A DNA stretch of 64,000 nucleotides, taken from contig JBHGNT010000011.1 in the NCBI GenBank assembly GCA_043228905.1, positions 9,300,001 through 9,364,000 on the forward strand, given 5' to 3'. Shown here one piece after another: positions 61,680 to 64,000 of the stretch (position 1 is the stretch's first letter; each line of letters opens with the position of its first letter). Position numbers and translations under genes: made by a program. This DNA is from Azolla caroliniana (taxonomy: Eukaryota > Plantae > Polypodiophyta). Under the pieces are notes generated by a model, which made no database searches, was not told the origin of the DNA, and worked only from the letters and a program-made list of their open reading frames with translations.

Positions 61680-64000
61680 ATGGGGCTGGTCCATAGTCAG
61701 GCAATGCTGCCGTTTCCCCCATGGACGGACGGCTTTCCTTATGTTGCCTTGCTCAAGGCTTGTGCCAAGAACAGAGACCTGTGCAAAGGCAGTCGACTCC
61801 ATGCCGCGATACTCAGAGATGGCTTGTTACCTGAAAGAACTCCACACCTCGCCACTGGTTTAATCAGTATGTATGCCAAATGCGGCATGTTTGAAAAAGC
61901 ACAAGATCTGATCCAGAACCTCCCTTCTCCAAATGTAGTTCCATGGAATGCACTCATTTCAGGGTATGTCCAGAATGGGAAACCTCACCAAGCCATCCAC
62001 CATTTCGAACACATGCAGAGGGAGGGGTTGTTCCCTAATGCGGTAACCTTCATTTGTATCTTGAAGGCATGTGGAAGCATAGGAGCTATAGGTAAAGGAA
62101 AGCAAATCCATGAGAAACTCATGAACCTTGGTCTTCTGGAGAAGGATGTTGTGCTCGGCACTGCTTTGGTGGATATGTATGCCAAATGCGGGAACCTTGC
62201 AAAAGCACAAGAAGTGCTCGAAAAGCTTCCTGTTCGAGATGCAGTCACTTGGAATGCACTAATTACAGGGTATACCCAACAAGGACGGTATTGCCAAGCA
62301 TTGGATTGTTTTGAATTGATGCAAAACGAGGGCCTATCTCCAGATGAAGTCACCTTTATTTGTATATTGAAAGCATGTGGAAGCACTAGAGCCATGGACA
62401 AGGGAAAACAAATAAATGATGAGATTCGAAGAATGGGATTCCTATATAAGGATATTGCAATTGGCACTGCATTAGTTGATATGTATGCGAAATGTGGTGC
62501 ACTTGCAAAAGCACGAGAAGTACTTGAAGGCCTTCCGAATCGAAATGTAGTCACTTGGTCAACATTAATTGAAGGATATACTCAACACGGGCAAGGTCAG
62601 GAAGCAATCAAGTGTTTCGATCAGATGCATGATGAAGGCCACTTGCCAGATGCTATCACCTTCATTTGCATTCTAAAGGCATGTGGAAGCACAAGATCTA
62701 TAGAGAAAGGCCAGAAAGTCCATGAGGAGGTTGTAAGTAGGGGGTTTTTAGACAAGGATGTGGCACTCGCCACTGCATTGATAGATATGTATGCCAAATG
62801 TGGCATGCTGGCTAAAGCACAACTAATATTGGAAGAGCTTCATATTCGAGACAGTGTTACCTGGAATGCTATCATTGGAGGCCATGTCCAAGAGGGGCAA
62901 GGTCACAAAGCAGTAGAATGTTTTGAGAGGATGCAAAGTGAGGGCCATTCTCCGAATGCAATTACTTTTCTTTCCTTATTGAAGGCTTGTTGCATTACCA
63001 AAGACATTGACAAGGGGAAACAAATTCACAGAGAGATTGTGAGTAAAGGATTGTTGAAGAAAGATATTGTGCTCGGTAATGCTTTGGTTGATATGTATGC
63101 TCAATGTGGTATGCTTATAGAGGCACAAAAAGTGCTTCAAGAACTTCCTATTCGAGACATAGTTTCATGGAATTCACTAATTTCTGGTTATGCTCAGCAA
63201 GGTCAGGGTCATGAAGCTCTAAGCTGTTTAGAATTGATGGAGATTGAGGGCCTCCTTGCTGATAACATCACGTATCTTTCTATCCTAAAATCATGTGGGT
63301 GTACAGGTTCAATAGACAAGGGCAAACACATTCATGATGACATTGTGAGGAAGGGTTTGTTAAAGAATAATAGCATGCTTGGAAATGCTTTGGTGGGTAT
63401 GTATGCCAAATGTGGTATCCTTACAAAAGCACAAAAACTTTTAGAAGAGTTTAGCATAAGGAACATAGTGTCTTGGAATACATTAATTGCAGGGTATGCA
63501 CAAGAAGGGCAAGGCCAAGAGGCACTGAAATGTTTCCAACAATTGAAACTTGGGGGTCTTTCTCCTAATGAAGTTACACTCTTGTCTATTTTGACGGCAT
63601 GCAGCCACGCTGGACTCTTAGATGAGGCCCAAGTGCTTTTGACAGAAATGATGACGAAATATGGAATTAGTCCGAATGTGGAGCACCATACTTGCATGGT
63701 ATTTGCCTATGGAAATGCGGGTTTGTTTCATGAGGCAATGTTGGTGATTAAGGCAATGCCATCGGATTATCCTGTAGTTTGGATTGTACTGCTTGGTGCT
63801 TGTAGAAAGTGGGGAAATGTGGTCCTTGGAAAATTGGCATTTGATCAGGTGTTGCAACTTGATGATAGTGCTACTGCGGCTTATATCCTAATGGCTGAAA
63901 TTTTTGCAGCTGCTGGCATGCAAAAAGATGCAGTGAAGGTCGAATCCATGAGACCAAAAATATGCTCTTTGAAAGAGGCAAGAGAAGCATGTGTGGGAAG
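61680..64000 (+). CDS. PLS-class pentatricopeptide repeat protein with E domain (organellar RNA-editing factor type); 3' end beyond the window
   Basis: First in-frame ATG after a stop is 61680; MYA(K/Q)CG at 61869, 62175, 62481, 62787, 63093 and 63399 (exact 306-nt period); then ACSHAG, PNVEHHTCMV and WIVLLGACRKWGNV. Absent from the ORF track, consistent with no stop before 64000. An upstream exon cannot be excluded. Confidence 0.93.
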   Translation, partial: MGLVHSQAMLPFPPWTDGFPYVALLKACAKNRDLCKGSRLHAAILRDGLLPERTPHLATGLISMYAKCGMFEKAQDLIQNLPSPNVVPWNALISGYVQNGKPHQAIHHFEHMQREGLFPNAVTFICILKACGSIGAIGKGKQIHEKLMNLGLLEKDVVLGTALVDMYAKCGNLAKAQEVLEKLPVRDAVTWNALITGYTQQGRYCQALDCFELMQNEGLSPDEVTFICILKACGSTRAMDKGKQINDEIRRMGFLYKDIAIGTALVDMYAKCGALAKAREVLEGLPNRNVVTWSTLIEGYTQHGQGQEAIKCFDQMHDEGHLPDAITFICILKACGSTRSIEKGQKVHEEVVSRGFLDKDVALATALIDMYAKCGMLAKAQLILEELHIRDSVTWNAIIGGHVQEGQGHKAVECFERMQSEGHSPNAITFLSLLKACCITKDIDKGKQIHREIVSKGLLKKDIVLGNALVDMYAQCGMLIEAQKVLQELPIRDIVSWNSLISGYAQQGQGHEALSCLELMEIEGLLADNITYLSILKSCGCTGSIDKGKHIHDDIVRKGLLKNNSMLGNALVGMYAKCGILTKAQKLLEEFSIRNIVSWNTLIAGYAQEGQGQEALKCFQQLKLGGLSPNEVTLLSILTACSHAGLLDEAQVLLTEMMTKYGISPNVEHHTCMVFAYGNAGLFHEAMLVIKAMPSDYPVVWIVLLGACRKWGNVVLGKLAFDQVLQLDDSATAAYILMAEIFAAAGMQKDAVKVESMRPKICSLKEAREACVG

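Noticed and set aside
61959-63857. Minus-strand ORFs over the PPR gene
   Set aside because: Antisense to the repetitive PPR coding frame.

Overview
Plant nuclear DNA, most likely a fern or other non-seed plant (inferred from the retrotransposon lineages and PPR style; not proven). About 85% of the window is a nested LTR-retrotransposon stack. It holds three Ty1/copia copies (one intact, with identical 279-bp LTRs and a 1338-aa ORF) plus decayed copia relics; two chromodomain-bearing Tcn1-like Ty3/gypsy elements; four Phygy-like gypsy elements (three pol-less, one pol-bearing; a tRNA-Trp PBS is visible in two); an Athila/Selgy-like gypsy with an extra 3' ORF containing a 4x557-bp tandem amplification; a further decayed gypsy; solo LTRs; and MITE-like DNA. 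Two host genes are present: a two-exon nuclear gene for plastid ribosomal protein S21 (minus strand) and a PLS-E class PPR gene running off the right edge. The most interesting signals are a self-priming chromovirus whose LTR carries an antisense tRNA-like A/B-box module, a pseudogenised ParB/Srx-like ORF, a two-hairpin/peptide repeat shared by three non-autonomous gypsy elements, and CG-centred insertion sites for that family. All calls were made by eye with no database searches.
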